From NCBI GenBank assembly GCA_951406725.2, contig OX597822.1:58652001-58716000 (forward strand): a stretch of DNA of 64,000 nucleotides, read 5' to 3'. Made by a program: the position numbers and the translations under genes. This stretch comes from Octopus vulgaris (Eukaryota). Every line of letters starts with the position of its first letter. Positions within the stretch are counted from its first letter, which is position 1. This document shows, piece by piece, positions 1 through 13,759 of the stretch. The notes under the pieces were generated by a model. That model was not told where the DNA came from, ran no database searches, and saw only the letters and a list, made by a program, of their open reading frames with translations.

Positions 1-793
1 TACCGATAATGTTTTTTGACATACTGAACTACTTGGTAAAATTATTGATTATTAATTAATTAATTTTACCCTTTATTATATATATATAAGAGAACAAGGT
101 GTACGTACAAGATTAATCAGCAGAAATTGCGAGGATGATCCGGTTCTTGACTGAAGATTAGAGGCTTCGAAAGACCCGTCCGTGTTTTTTGTATCGTCTA
201 TTTGAATGTTTTGCGTTCTTGTCCCATTTTGTATTTATATATATATATATATATCTCATGTCCCGAATGTTATGTAGTATTCCGATGACAAAGTATAAAA
301 TTGGATTTGGATCTAGTTACTTCTGTAATTTGCGAGTAATAACGGCTGCTGAAACTTTCAGTAGTATTTTGTTATTATTTCAAATATTACGACTTGCTTG
401 AGATCAGTTGTAAAGCTCGAGATTCATAACAATTTATCATTTGTAAACCAAAACATTTCACCTCTAAACCCAAGAAATAATCATAGCTTACTTTACTACG
501 ACATGTATGATGAACGAGGGTTATAGAGTTACGTTAAAATGTAAGGCTTATAGTGTTGTTGGTTATGCTTGCCATGTTCTTTCTATCATTATCTCGATAA
601 AGTTATGTTCAAGCTGTTGTTTTACTTATTAGAAATGTATCACTGAAATTGCTGCTGTTGTTGCTCTCTCGGCATCTACTGCTGTCTCTGCTGCTGTTGC
701 TGTTGTTGTTTAACTGCATTACAATTCAGTCCTGATCGAGCTGTTCTATGAACAAAGGCATTCCATCAGAGCCCATTCATTGTTATGTGTATA

Positions 794-1176
794 CTAGCAG
801 TATCGCCCGGCGTTGCTCGGGTTTGTAAGGGAAATAACTATAAAGCATTTTTAGAGAGTTATAGCCAAAAAATAGCAAAAAAATGGAAAAAAAAGTATGG
901 TAAATTTTTTTGAGAGTTAAAAAGGTCGAGTTGCATCCCCTAGACAGTCTGTGGTTTGTGTTTCTGATTCTCGACCCCATGTCGAATTTATCGATTTTTT
1001 TCAGAACTGGGGGAACTTTTCAAAATTTTTGCTGCGTTAGTTTTGAATTATGACATTGGGCTATGTGTGTGTCAAGTTTCATCAGAATCAGTTGAAAGCC
1101 GTGGTCAGGGTGAGGGTACAACCTAACAGACACACAGACACACACACAGACAAACTGCCGTTTATATAGAGAGAGA
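794..1176 (-). mobile_element. Non-autonomous Helitron
   Basis: On the minus strand it starts A|TCTCTCTCTATATAAAC and ends with a GC hairpin (CCCGAGCAACGCCGGG) then ...GCTAG|T. These are 5'-TC and CTAG-3' termini inserted in an AT dinucleotide with no TSD. Confidence 0.8.
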
Positions 1177-1291
1177 TATAGTAATACATTAGCCAACATG
1201 AACTTCCTTTCTTTGAAAGAGTTGGTTGCTATTTCAAGTAGTTGATCACTTAGAGACTCACTTGTATGTCGTCCCGTATACTTTGTACATG

Positions 1292-1532
1292 TTAAACCTT
1301 TGCCTGTCTTAAGCATTTTCACAAGTTTGTCCTAAACGACCATGCTTGTTTTCAAACTTTTAGTCAGCCCTTGCTTTATACGTTCTGAATGATATAAAGC
1401 CTTTCTTTCATAAGTTTCAAGTTACCCTGGTAATTGAAAGCAATTTGGGCTGTGTATCATATATAATGCATAGACGCCAAAGAAATATGTCCTGTGTGTC
1501 ACATGTGATACACAGGACAGGCAAAATGTTAA
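1292..1532. mobile_element. TTAA-flanked MITE (piggyBac-like), copy 1
   Basis: TTAA at both ends; TIR CTTTGCCTGTC / GACAGGCAAAA; subterminal palindrome TGTCCTGTGTGTCACATGTGATACACAGGACA. Confidence 0.65.
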
Positions 1533-1835
1533 TTCATGATATCTTCAGTTGAGTCTGATTGGTACGATTAATTAATTTTGTAAACCGATCACAGATTCAA
1601 TTTTCTATTGAATTTCTTTTTATTAGTGTAGATCTCCTTCGACGTGTCTAATAGTGATAATCAGGAGACTACAAACCATCGAGAATGTCACTCCGGATGA
1701 ACTCCATACAATCCATCAGTACAGGCTGGAATATGAAGTTTCTAATTTCATAAACTAATCAAAAATTCAACTCTCTACTACAATTTTACTTTTAATTTTT
1801 TTTTTCATTAGTGTAGGTCCTCGTCAACGTCTCTA

Positions 1836-2073
1836 TTAATTCTTTGCCTGTCCAAAGATTTTTCATAAGATTGTCCTCTACGTCCATACATGTTTTCAGA
1901 CTTAATTAGCCTTAGTTTCATACGTTCTGAGAAATATAAGTTTTCCTTTCATATGTCCCAAGTCAATCTGGTAACTGAAAAAAATTGTGAATGTGTATCT
2001 GATATGATGCACAGATACCAGGCAAATATACCCTGTGTATTTCATGCAATACACAGGATAGGTAATGTGTTAA
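1836..2073. mobile_element. TTAA-flanked MITE, copy 2 (diverged)
   Basis: Similar length and colinear similarity to 1292-1532; TTAA ends; interrupts the second unit of a local duplication. Confidence 0.6.
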
Positions 2074-2740
2074 TGATAATGAAGAGAGTACAACCCGTGT
2101 AAAGAGTCACACAGTACGCATTCCGAGTGTGTAGTTTAATCCCGGCATAGACAATGCCATGGAGCATAAGGAACAGCAGATCATTGAACAATGTTTAGTC
2201 GTTCAGCTAAATACTTTTGTGCTGAAAATGCGAGGATTAGAGATAAGATTATCATTATCGGTGAGTGAAATGGCAGAAGCGGTAGATTGACGGACAAGAT
2301 GCTTTGCAGTATTTGGTCTGGTTCTTTACGTTTCGAGTTTGAAGTCCACCGATGTCGCCTTCACTTTCATCCTTCTTCGGTCTATAAAATAAAGCATCTG
2401 TCAAATACTGTGACTATCCTCTCCCTCAAATTACTGGTCTTATGCCTAGATAGAAATCATTATTATAAATATTTGCAGGGTATCAAGCTGGCAGAATCGG
2501 TAGAGTCGGAATAAATGCTTTACAGTATATGTTCCGACACTTAACGTTCTGAATTCAGATTCCACCGGAGTTAGGCTTTTCTTTCATTCTTCTGGAGTGG
2601 TAATATAAATTACTTTACCTTTCATCCTTTCGGGCTCAATAGATTAAGTACCAGTGAAACACTGGAGTTGATGTAATCGACTAGTCCCCTTCCACCAAAT
2701 TTCAGGTCTTGTGCCTATAGTAGATAGGAATATTATTATT

Positions 2741-3293
2741 GAGTGAGAGAGCAGTGCATGCCATCAAAGTGACACTGGGGTAAAATATACGAAGCCCAGT
2801 ATACCCATCATGACTACCCGTATGATAAGAGTACACTAGGTACATGTATTACAACCATATGTGCGCGACATGGTGATCTCATATCAAGATAAACAGCACA
2901 TGATCTTGCAGGTGGGGCCCAGTTAGAATTTTCTTCTGGTCGAGTAACCCATCCCGTCCAAAAGGTCCCTGAATAAGGGTTGTTTAAGGATGTTGAACGA
3001 AACACCCATGTTTCCAGAGGTGAATTATTCAAACTCCAAAGAATCCCTCTCAAAACATGGCTATGATGCTCCCCCACTACTTCTGCTCGTGATCAGAGAT
3101 GCACATATCGTCAGCCACTAAGGGACATGCTCAACTGGTTAAGGTCAAACAACTGACAAGCAAATCTGTGGTACTGAGCAGGATATTTGCTGTAGCCCAT
3201 CTTTTATACCAAGACAAAACAATGTAAATGATGACACTTCCAATCAATTAAGATCAGAAGCCATGTGAGCCACTGCCTGGTACTGCATCAGGG

Positions 3294-3294
<1 letters not shown>
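2741..3294 (-). mobile_element. ~550-bp interspersed element embedded in (ATT)n
   Basis: Complex sequence flanked by TATTATTATT on the left and a long (ATT)n on the right. Targeting of (TAA)n is typical of Dong/R4-type retroelements; this assignment and the strand are inferred. Confidence 0.45.
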
Positions 3295-3351
<57 letters not shown>

Positions 3352-3896
3352 GATGCTGTTGTTGTTGTTAGTAGACATTTTGTTGATTTTAATGTTGTGT
3401 TGTGTGATGATTGTGATTTCTATAGAAGCTCGTTGTGTGGCTTATAATGTTTTCGATGCTCTTATTACAGTGCATTGCAGCTGCCTTTTTGTAAGTTTAC
3501 TACTTTGTTGCTCGCAAAAATATTTGTAAATCACACTGGTATTAAAATGATTGCAAACTTCACGACATAACTGTTGCATTGGCCATTAAGTAGCATACTT
3601 TTCCGTGGGCTGACCGTGCATTTACAACAAGCAAATGCAATATAATGCATCACACGATAGAAAATATAACTTTAATAGAGATATATTAATAAGCAATACA
3701 TTCATATTATACAAAATGTCGTACACTCAGTCCTTGACGATTAATTATACTACCGATATTCATTTCAAAGTACAGTGCTACAGTGTACGGAAATTGTATG
3801 CAAGTCGCAAAAAAGCAAAAACAAAAACAAAAACAACCCTTCCATCCTCACTGACTGTTGAGATTAACGACCAACGGTCAAAAATTGATGCTTACC

Positions 3897-6060
3897 TCAC
3901 CAATGAATGAAGCATGTTCTCATAGCCTCTAGTTGATCTCGAACAGACAGCGCCCCTCGGTAGCACTGCCAGGCAAGGGATTTGTGGAAGTTGTCCATAG
4001 GCCCAAGCCCGAAAGTTCTCCGAAACAGACCGGTTAGTTGATCTTCATCGACGTCCAGAATTTCCCCGAGAACGTCGTCGCACTTTCCCTCCTCTAGCCC
4101 TCTATAGAACGCTAGGGTAGAACAACCACCGACCGTATTGCCCGCCTGGTGGAGGGCTGTGAGCGCTTGACGGCATTCGAGGTGCCAAGCGTCCCACCTC
4201 GGTCTACGCGCAATCCAGGATTGCAACTCAGTCAAAGTGACGAACTGTGGAAAAGCGTGTCTTATAAACGGTGATCATACCTGCTCAGCATCAAGGAAAC
4301 GCTGGAGATGCTACAACCTCAGCGCATGTCAGCGCATCAGTAACCACGGCATACCCAGCCCGCCCCCATTCAGCGGCTCTTGATAACAGATGGAGCGCCT
4401 GACCAGTGGAACGCATCCCTTCCACAGAAAGCGGAAGAGTAAGCGCACTAGCTTGGTCAACCAGCAAACAGGGCAATCAAGCGGTAATAGATGACGGAAA
4501 TAAGGCGGCGAGCTGGCAGAATCGTTAGCACGTCGGGCGAAATGCTTAGCAGTATTTCGTCTGCCGTTACGTTCTAAGTTCAAATTCCGCCAAGGTCGAC
4601 TTTGCCTTTCATCCTTTCGGGGTCGATAAACTAAGTATCAGTTACGCACTGGGGCCGATATAATCGACTTAATCCGTTTGTCTGTCTTTGATTGTCCCCT
4701 CTGTGTTTAACCCCTTGTGGGTAGTAAAGAAATGGGTAATAGATGACGGATGCGATGCACGCATTCGCCACCTCCGCTCGACCTTTCAGGGACAGCTTTC
4801 TTTTGGTCTATTTCTGGGTGAGATTGACCACCCTGCTCGTCACCTCGTCTCAGTTATTTTCCACCTGGAAGTCCGGACCAAACCAAAGTCCGAGCAACTT
4901 AACGGGACCGTCTGTCGAGTGCCCCGCCACGCTATTGGACGGCATGGGCTTGCCTCTCCAGATGCCGAGTTGCAAGCCCACTGACTTTTCTGCGTTAATT
5001 TTAGCTCCTGTCACCGCTTCATATACCTGTAGTGTTTCGCCAATCAGGTCTATATACCTGTGGTTCGACACTATGTCGGTGACATCATCAGCGTAAGCAG
5101 ACACACTTCTCCCACATTCTAGATCACGTGGGACATCTCTCAAACCCTCCAACTTTCGCAGTAATGGCTCAAGAGTCAGTACATAGAGAAGGGAGGAGAG
5201 AGGGTACCCTTGACGGACTGAATGCAAGATGCTGAATGGCTCCGACAGGTGACCATTAACCCGAACAACTGAGCAGATGCCGCTGTATAAAGCAGCGATC
5301 CAACTGCAGAAAACTGGGCTGAAACCGGCTGCCCTGAGGACAGACGCAAAGTATTGATGGTCGATCCTATCAAAAGCTTTAGAATGATCTAAATTGATCA
5401 GAGTCCTACCCATGTCAACTTCGTTACTCACCCTCTTTATGATGTAGCGCATAAGATGGAGGTTATCGTGAACACTCCTGGTTGAGATGGCGCAAGTTTG
5501 CGCCTCACCAACCAGCTTGACCATGACATGCGCCGACCTCTAGGGTAACACCTTGGCCAAAATCTTCAAATCTGCATTGAGCAGAGTGATGGGCCTGAAA
5601 TTCTCTATAACGTCCCCCTTGTTTGGGTCCTTTCTTAACAATGCCACTACCTCTCGACACACAAAGTGGAAATTCTCCCGTTTTGCTGCCAGTTGCAGAA
5701 GACATTTGCTAAGAGGCCCGCAAACAAGTCTGGTATCGAAATATAAAGCTCATAGGGCAGACCATCCAAACCCGGCGATCTACCTCTCGTACAACTCTTC
5801 ATCGCTTCCTGTATTTCGGTGGCTGTTATCGGCCTTTCACAGCACTCCGCCTCATCGAGTGTCGAGGCAGGCCGTCCAGGTAGACACCGCAGTCTGCTCT
5901 GTTATCCGTCCTACCATTCGTCCCGAACAGCTGAGCAAAGTGCCGCTGAAAAGCCGTACACATCTGTTTCGGCTCGAACACCAGTTCTGGTCCACCGAAG
6001 ACCGAATGGTGGCTTTCGTTCCCTCTTCGCTTAGTGAACGTACCTTAGCTCTGAAACGCT
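3897..6060 (-). mobile_element. Degenerate L1/Tx1-clade LINE ORF2 (RT and C-terminal part)
   Basis: ORF 4850-5524 has RT motifs LDHSKAFDRIDH, VRQGYPLSSLLY, AYADDVT, GAKINAEKS. Downstream frames give FLWKG...GGLGMP and AWQCYRGAL. Frameshifted. Confidence 0.92.
4499..4734 (+). mobile_element. tRNA-type SINE (family B) inserted in the Tx1 LINE
   Basis: Head GGCGGCGAGCTGGCAGAATCGTTAGC; core GTCGACTTTGCCTTTCATCCTTTCGGGGTCGATAAA; perfect 16-bp TSD GGTAATAGATGACGGA at 4483-4498 and 4735-4750. Confidence 0.9.
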
Positions 6061-6222
6061 AAGAAGGAATCTTTTTTCCTTGGCGGTCCTTGACGATCAT
6101 ATCTGGCCGATTAGTCTTGGTCTCTCTATTTATGTATATCCCAAAGTATGATTGCTTTGTTATTTTACAATCTTTTTCCCATTGGCATTCCATTGTGCCG
6201 GTACAATTTTCAGCGCATTAAA

Positions 6223-6489
6223 TCTTCTTCTTCTTCTTCTTCTTCTTCTTCTTCTTCTTCTTCTTCTTCTTCTTCTTCTTCTTCTTCTTCTTCTTCTTCA
6301 TTATCATCATCTTTTTCTTCTTCTTCTTCTTCTTCTTCTTCTTCTTCTTCTTCTTCTTCTTCTTCTCCTTCTTCTTCTTCTTCTTCTTCATTATCATCAT
6401 CTTTTTCTTCTTCTTCTTCTTCTTCTTCTTCTTCTTCTTCTTCATTATCATCATCTTTTTCTTCTTCTTCTTCTTCTTCTTCTTCTTCT

Positions 6490-6520
<31 letters not shown>

Positions 6521-6625
6521 GTCTGACTCGTCGTCGCCATCAACACCACCACCGCCGTCGCCGCCGCCGCCGCCGTCGTCGTCATCATCATCATCATCAT
6601 CAGCAACAGAAGCAGCAGCAGTAGC
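6223..6625. repeat. Compound trinucleotide microsatellite (TCT)n/(GCC)n/(TCA)n
   Basis: Direct reading; three recurring TCATTATCATCATCTTT interruptions. Confidence 0.97.
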
Positions 6626-6819
6626 ATCACATTTTTTTAAAATACCCAAAAATTTTATGGCATTAGTAAATCCCTGAAGATCACACAACTGATGACAGTT
6701 TCTCTGATATCTTGAAATTAGAACACTGGAGGCTTTGGTTGAGACCAGACTCCCGGAAGTGAGGCGGGTGTTTGGTGGGGACGGAATTATGATGCTTTAC
6801 TGATACTTACTAAACGCAT

Positions 6820-6850
<31 letters not shown>

Positions 6851-6949
6851 CGCGTGCGTATTCACTCATACGTGCACGCACATATATATATGCTTATTTA
6901 TTGGTACGTACGTGAGTATATGCCTGTCTGCGAGCGTGTTTATGAGTGT

Positions 6950-7063
<114 letters not shown>

Positions 7064-7414
7064 ATTTGTGTATGTAAGTAGGTGTCTAATCTGTAGATGC
7101 TTAATCGTTGCCGTACATCTAATACATACATTTATTTAAAGCAAATGGTTGTTAATTACGGTTATACGGTTATGGCGGTGATGGTGATGGTGATGGTGGT
7201 GATTAAGGTGTAGATAAATGGAGTGTTGTAATGATGGTGATGATGATGATGATAACGACGACGATGATGACAATGATGACAATGATGATGATCATGACGA
7301 TAGTAGTGGTGGTGTGTAGAAAACCGGTGGAAAACGAGTCGTGACTAATAACTGACACATCTCCCATTCACCCTACACTGTGGGGATTTATGACTTATAA
7401 TATTTGATTGTTGG

Positions 7415-7700
7415 TCGCCGGAAATGGACATATTTACAGGAAGTATTACTTACATGTACGGATGGATGTCAGGTGGTAACGTGGGGCCTCACTTCACTAA
7501 CCACACATCTCACTGACTCATCACTCAGTTCCGATGACTTCTCTGAAACATGCCTTCTTGGAATTTCTTCCCCCTACTCCCTCTCCCGTTTACGCGCGCG
7601 CACACACACACACACATACCCCCACACACACAGAGGCACGCATTCACACAGGTCAACGAGACGGGCCCTACGTCGTTGTTCGCCCCGTCAGATATAGCAG
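7415..7700 (-). promoter_or_regulatory. Candidate alternative promoter / first exon with strong donor
   Basis: Minus-strand donor CAT|GTAAGT (intron starts 7453); AP-1 TGACTCA 7514-7520; ETS motifs CCGGAAAT 7418-7425 and CAGGAAGT 7437-7444; local CpG cluster 7590-7690; stops in all upstream frames. Confidence 0.35.
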
Positions 7701-8264
7701 CCAAATCTTTAATATCATACTCATAATAAAAGGAAAGAATAAGAACGTATGGGTTAATGCTCTAGAAAGAAAAAAATGAGTTGCTTACGACTGGAATGTC
7801 TTTAATCTTAATCCGCCTGATTAAAGTTGATTTGAAGCTATATAGGCGTGGTTATGTGGCAAAAAGAAGTTTGTTTCCCAGCCATATGGTTCCAGGTTCA
7901 GTCCCACTGTTGAGCAGCTGGGGCATTTATATTCAGCTATATCTTCCAGGCCGACCGAAGCCTTGTGATTGGATTTGAAAACTGAGAGAGGCCCGTCGTA
8001 TATATTATGTGTGCGTATGTGTGCTCACGTGTGTACATACATGCGTGTGTGCACGTGCATGTGTGTTTTTATGTCTGCGTTTGTTCCCCACCCCCGCTTG
8101 GCTGCCGGTGTTGGTTTGTTTACGTCCACGTAACTTTGCTGTTCAGCAACGCAGACCGAGAGAAAAAATATGAGGCTTAAAAAATGTACTTGGGTTGATT
8201 CTTTCGACTAAAAACTCTTCAAGTTGGTGCCCCAGCCTAGCCGCAGTCTAATGACTGAAACAAG

Positions 8265-8341
<77 letters not shown>

Positions 8342-8750
8342 AAGAGAGAGAGGGAGAGAGAAAGAGCCAGACGGACAGGTAGAGATCTTTTATCTCTGTG
8401 GCCATGCTGGGGCACCGCCTTAAAAAGTTTTTAGTCGAATGAATCGACTACAGGACTACAGGCCTAATACTTATTCTATCTGTTCCTTTTGCCGAACCGC
8501 TATTTTATGAGAACGCGAACACACTAACAGCGGTTGTCAATCGGTGTTGTGGGACAGACACAGACACACAGACACATACACATAGATGTACTCAAATATA
8601 CATAAATACGACGGGCTTCTTTCAACTTCAGTCTACCAAATCCAATCTTAAGTCTTTGGTTGGCCTGAAGCTATAGTATAAGAGACTTGCTCAAGCTGCT
8701 ACGCTGTGGGAGTAAAACCTGGAACGATGTTGGTTGGGAAGCAAACGTCT

Positions 8751-9400
8751 TTATTTCTTTTAAATTGCCATAAAGGCATTACACATGTGGGGGACACTAT
8801 AACACATGTGGGGGACACTATAACACATGTGGGGGACATATAACAATTAAAAATATAAAAATAAAATATGATATAATGAATGACACATGAAAATGAACAT
8901 GAACAACAAATTAAAATATGATAACATGAATGATATCTGAAAATGATATGAAGAGTGTGCTATTCATCCCACACTGAGTAACACCACTAGCCGCCTCTGG
9001 CTCCCAAGTCCTTTTTTTCCTTCAGTCCAATCCTTTTTCACCTTTCTCCATCACTTAGTGACATCATTCTCTCCGCCATGCATTCGTAACCTTTTTCACC
9101 GGGAGGGGGGGGTCTTCTAAATTTTGTGGTGTCTGTTCTCTCCTTTTCTTTTTTTTTTCTTGTGTGGGAAATGAGGTGGGTGGGATTGGTGGCTGTATGG
9201 GGAGGGTGGGTCTGAGTGGTCTTGGGTGGGATGGAGTTGGACTGGGGTACCACATCATACTCAGTGTTTTTCCTTTTTTTCTCTTTCTCTTTCCGCTCTC
9301 TGTAACTTTCCATTCTTCCTCCTTTCCTTCGTCTGTCTTTTCTTCCTCTCTTTTCTCTTCTGTCTCCACAACTTTTTCCTCGGCCATTGTCCTCTGTAGA
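8751..9400 (-). mobile_element. Retroelement 3' fragment with ORF1-like peptide and shared tail
   Basis: ORF 9064-9387 has an acidic stretch, EEEWKVTESGKRKRKK and a Pro-rich region, resembling non-LTR ORF1 linkers. Tail TGTCCCCCACATGTGTAATGCCTTTATGGCAATTTAAAAGAAATAA; 21-bp unit x3 at about 8780-8842. Confidence 0.45.
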
Positions 9401-9459
9401 GGGCAGTATGCTCTAATATGGCCCTAAGATTGTCTCCCTGAGACCGCTTTGCGTAATCG

Positions 9460-10900
9460 ATGCGGTCGGCTTGTGGGTCCAAGGACTTCAATAGGAATCT
9501 CCTGAAGTGTAACCAGGGTCCGAAGACTTCCTTCCTGGAAATGAAGATGTTTCTCAGATCGAGATATTCTTACCCGTTCAGCTACGCACAGCTTGCAACG
9601 CTTGCTCCCGTTGATGTAGTTGGGGAGGCGGTTCTTCTAGAATCTTCCATGAGATTACGTGTGGTGTCCCTTCATCCTTCAAGCCCCATCCTTCAAGTTC
9701 GGGATCCTGAACGAGGATTTGTGGTTGGAGAGGTGCTGCTTGAAGGTGTTTCCGGAACATCCCATATATCTTCGAACACTGCTGCTGGCGATGCTGCTTC
9801 TGGTGTGGTTGACGCTGCTACTTCCGCTGGAGCTGTTGCTGGTATTGGCGTCGTTAGTACTGGCGTAGGGGACATCATCAGTGGCGGTGTTGGTGTTAGC
9901 ACTGTTGGTTCTGCTATAGCCATCGTCTTTGCTGTTGGAGCCGTTATCGGCGTTATATTGGTGATGACTGTTGTTGTCGATGTTATTATCGTTATCATTA
10001 TTAGCATTATCATTAGTGATGGTGCTGCTGCTATTTCCTTTAGAATTGCTGCCGTTGTCGTTAATAATACTTCTGTAGAAGTAGTTGGGGAAACCAATGC
10101 TGCTTTTAGGGTCAGATACCACATCAGCCTCGTAAACGATCCCCTTGGTTTCCCATTGGCCTCCTACTGGGCATTTGCTGTAGTTCCTGTATGAGTATTC
10201 CGCCTCCACTTGTGGTCTAGGGGTGTTAACTAAAATGCTCTTAATATTGGGGAACAGCTAAAAGAGAATCTTAGGTTGTGTCTGATGAATATGTGTTCGG
10301 ACGTGTGTGATTGTGTAAAGTGTTTATCCACTAATCTAAGGAATATCCTACCTACTTTACGGAGAAGGTGGGTGGGTGGGCGGCAAACAACCCGATATTT
10401 CTGTGAGTGTTAGGGCCCGGAATGTAGGAGATCATAAACCCGCTAGCAGCTCGAGCCTCGTTATAGTAGGGCGCTGCCGCGTCAAAAATCTTTTGGCTAG
10501 AAGAAAGATTCGAGATCCTCTTGCTGACACCTTTCACCGGGAGGCTGTGTTGATATATGCCAGCCTCTCGTTTGGCTTGCAATCGGGTCTGTATGTTCTA
10601 GGGCCCAAGTCGGGCGTAACGTCTAAGAAGTCCTCGGTAGTAAAGTTGGTCCCGATTGTAATTTTCAGTCCTCTAGAGCTAAGGATGATAATCAGATCTT
10701 TCCTAAGCCTATCTAGGGTGTGCCCGTTAGCTTCTCTAGAGATTGTAAGGACATCATCTCTGTAAAAACCAGAGTGGACAGAGGGGAATTTCTTCTTTAG
10801 TATCGAGGATGTACAACCAAATGAGGTTGCATACATCAGTGCTGTCTTAGACCCCCATCACTATGTCAAAAGAGTCCACGGGATCGGTTCGCTTGACCTG
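9460..10900 (-). mobile_element. Degenerate Penelope-like element (RT + C-terminal GIY-YIG)
   Basis: Frames give FDIVMGS..DVCNLI.LYIL, GFYRDD, DFLDVT, KRISNLSS..IFDAAAPYY, CPVGG..GIVYEA..YMGCSGNTFK..NHKSSF, WGLKD..SWKILE, NGSKRCKLC. Many frameshifts. Confidence 0.9.
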
Positions 10901-11551
10901 GGTCGATTTGCCTTTCCACCCATCTATATGTCTTGCTCCGTTCCGAAGGATGAGAAGCATAATCAGGTATGGTGTAACTTGATCTTTGAACATATAAAAA
11001 CAAAAAAATGCTGTTGGTATTTAGGCTGGTACTGTACCGTTTCTCAGGCACACACACACACACAAATACGCACATATATACAATATGATATAAACATAAC
11101 AAAGCGGTGACGGAGAGAAATTTATGTCATGTAGATATCACGTGTACAAAGATCTGATTTAAAAACATCAACAATGAGTCCAACAAAAATAGTAACAGCA
11201 ACAACAACAGAAAAACTGACAGCTTCAACAGAGATATCAATAGCAATAACAAACAACAACACTATTGAAAATATCTTATATATCTTATAAAAGAATTATT
11301 TCTATCGTTTCTCAAATTGTTTTCTTAGAATGACTGTCAAATAGATCAGCAGACGGGTCGACTAGCAAAGTAGATAGAGACTGACAAACAGATAAACAAG
11401 ACAATAGATAAGCACATACATACATGCATACATACGTACATACATACATATATACATACATATATATACATGCGCATGCGCGTGTGTGAACTGACAGACA
11501 TATAAACTGATACACGAGTAGAGAGAGGCAAACAAATAGACTGCTTACCAT

Positions 11552-12108
<557 letters not shown>

Positions 12109-12851
12109 GAAAAAGGAGACAGACTGCAGAGCCGGCAGAAGGTATCGCTAACTCGAGCAGTCAGTCAACCGAGGCGTCATGTGTTTGGGAGATCGAAATA
12201 AAAGGGGAATAATAAATAAAATATTTCTATAGTCAAGAAATTGTTATAAACACCTTTCCCGTACATTCTCAGGATTTAACTTCTTGGAAAAAACATTCTA
12301 AACATACGTCTACAAATTCATCTTGTCCAGGGTATCAGCAATCATAGAGCCAGTCATAATATTGATTGGCTGACAGATAGACTTCCTTGCAGATAGAAAT
12401 GCGAACAGGTAGATTTCCAGGCAGATGAAAAGGTTGATAGACAGATAAATAGATTGCCAGAGAGATAGACATGTTAATTAGCAGAGAAAGAGAGAGAGAG
12501 AAGGGTGGGGGGAGACTGTTACACAGACACTGTCAGATATGGAAAAATAGACAGACATAAATAGATTGCCAGACAGGTAGATGGATAAATTGACAGGTAC
12601 GCTGACATACAGAAATATATAAATAAAAATGGCCAATGAATTTGCATAGATGCGGTGTTCCTGTAAGGAGTAGCAATACCTGGTATTATTATCAGCTTTG
12701 AAAGATCACAATGAAGTAGCAATGTCATACAAATACTTCGTTCGTCTTTACGTTCTGCGTTCAAATTCTGCTAGGTCGACTTTGCCCCTCATCCTTTCAG
12801 GGTCGATAAAATACGTACTAGTTGAGCACTGGAGTCGATGTACTCGACTTT

Positions 12852-12889
12852 CCACCACCGCTGCCACAGCTGCCGCCGCTGCCTCCGCT

Positions 12890-12920
<31 letters not shown>

Positions 12921-13078
12921 CCGCTGCCGCCGCTGCCGCCGCTGCCGCCGCTGCCGCCGCTGCCGCCGCTGCCGCCGCTGCCGCCGCCGCCGCCACCGCC
13001 GCCGCCACTACCGCCGCCGCCACCACCATCACCACCACCGCCGCCGCCACCACCACCACCACCACCACCGCCGCCACC
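12852..13078. repeat. GC-rich (GCTGCCGCC)n/(ACC)n repeat
   Basis: 9-bp period visible; directly follows a SINE B fragment. Confidence 0.95.
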
Positions 13079-13362
13079 TAACTTGCTGGCATTGTGGCTA
13101 AATTTGAAACTGATAGCATACAAATAATATAATGAATGGGATAAAATAGTGCTTCTGTCGACATGCTCGACGGAAATTAACAGAAGTATACTAAGTACGT
13201 AGACTCAGTAATTAACTAAGAATTCTGGCAGACCTAAAGATTGATTATAAATTACTCGCCACTATTAGTAATCAACAATCTCAAAATACGCTATTCTTGT
13301 TCTGACAAAATAACAAAATAAATACAAATAACAACAACAAAAAACAAAAACAAAGAGAGTTA

Positions 13363-13747
13363 CTCGTTTTATTCTTTTACTCGTTTCAGTCATTTGGCTG
13401 TGGCCATGCTGGAACACTGCCTTTAGTCGAGCAGGACTTATTCTTTGTAAGCCTAGTACTTATTCTATCGGTCTCTTTGTCCAACCGCTAAGTTACGCGG
13501 ACCTAAAGACACCAGCATCGGTTGTCAAGCGATGTTGGGGGGACAAACATATACACACACATACACATATATATACATATATATGACGGGCTTCTTTCAG
13601 TTTCTATCTACCAAATCCACTCACAAGGCTTTGGTCGGCCCGAGGCTATAGTAGAAGACACTTGCCCAAGGTGCCACGCAGTGGGACTGAATCCGGAACC
13701 ATGTGGTTCGTAAGCAAGCTACTTACCACACAGCCACTCCTACGCCT
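13363..13747 (-). mobile_element. tRNA-derived SINE (family A), full length
   Basis: Head GGCGTAGGAGTGGCTGTGTGGTAAG..GATTCAGTCC, CORE-like CCTTGGGCAAGT, internal TA/TG tract, tail ..AAACGAGTAAAAGAATA. Many further copies in the window (about 7.85, 8.4, 14.9, 19.5, 26.1, 26.7, 33.8, 38.0, 40.4, 40.7, 42.55, 45.3, 45.9, 48.3, 50.25, 52.6, 63.1 kb). Confidence 0.9.
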
Positions 13748-13759
13748 AAAAATGGTACA

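Noticed and set aside
150-182. CTGAAGA...GAAA hammerhead-like motif
   Set aside because: Stems I-III and the cleavage triplet do not form properly.
6148-6688. Poly-S, poly-L and poly-K ORFs
   Set aside because: Translations of a (TCT)n microsatellite.
9460-10194. 244-aa hydrophobic plus-strand ORF
   Set aside because: Antisense shadow of the PLE endonuclease insert.
10866-10983. Possible next exon of the micro-exon gene (phase-compatible)
   Set aside because: Weak AAG acceptor, and the 3' half belongs to a SINE-like fragment and the PLE RT.
12698-13127. Poly-A, poly-P and poly-G ORFs
   Set aside because: Trinucleotide/9-bp repeat following a SINE; open in nearly all frames.
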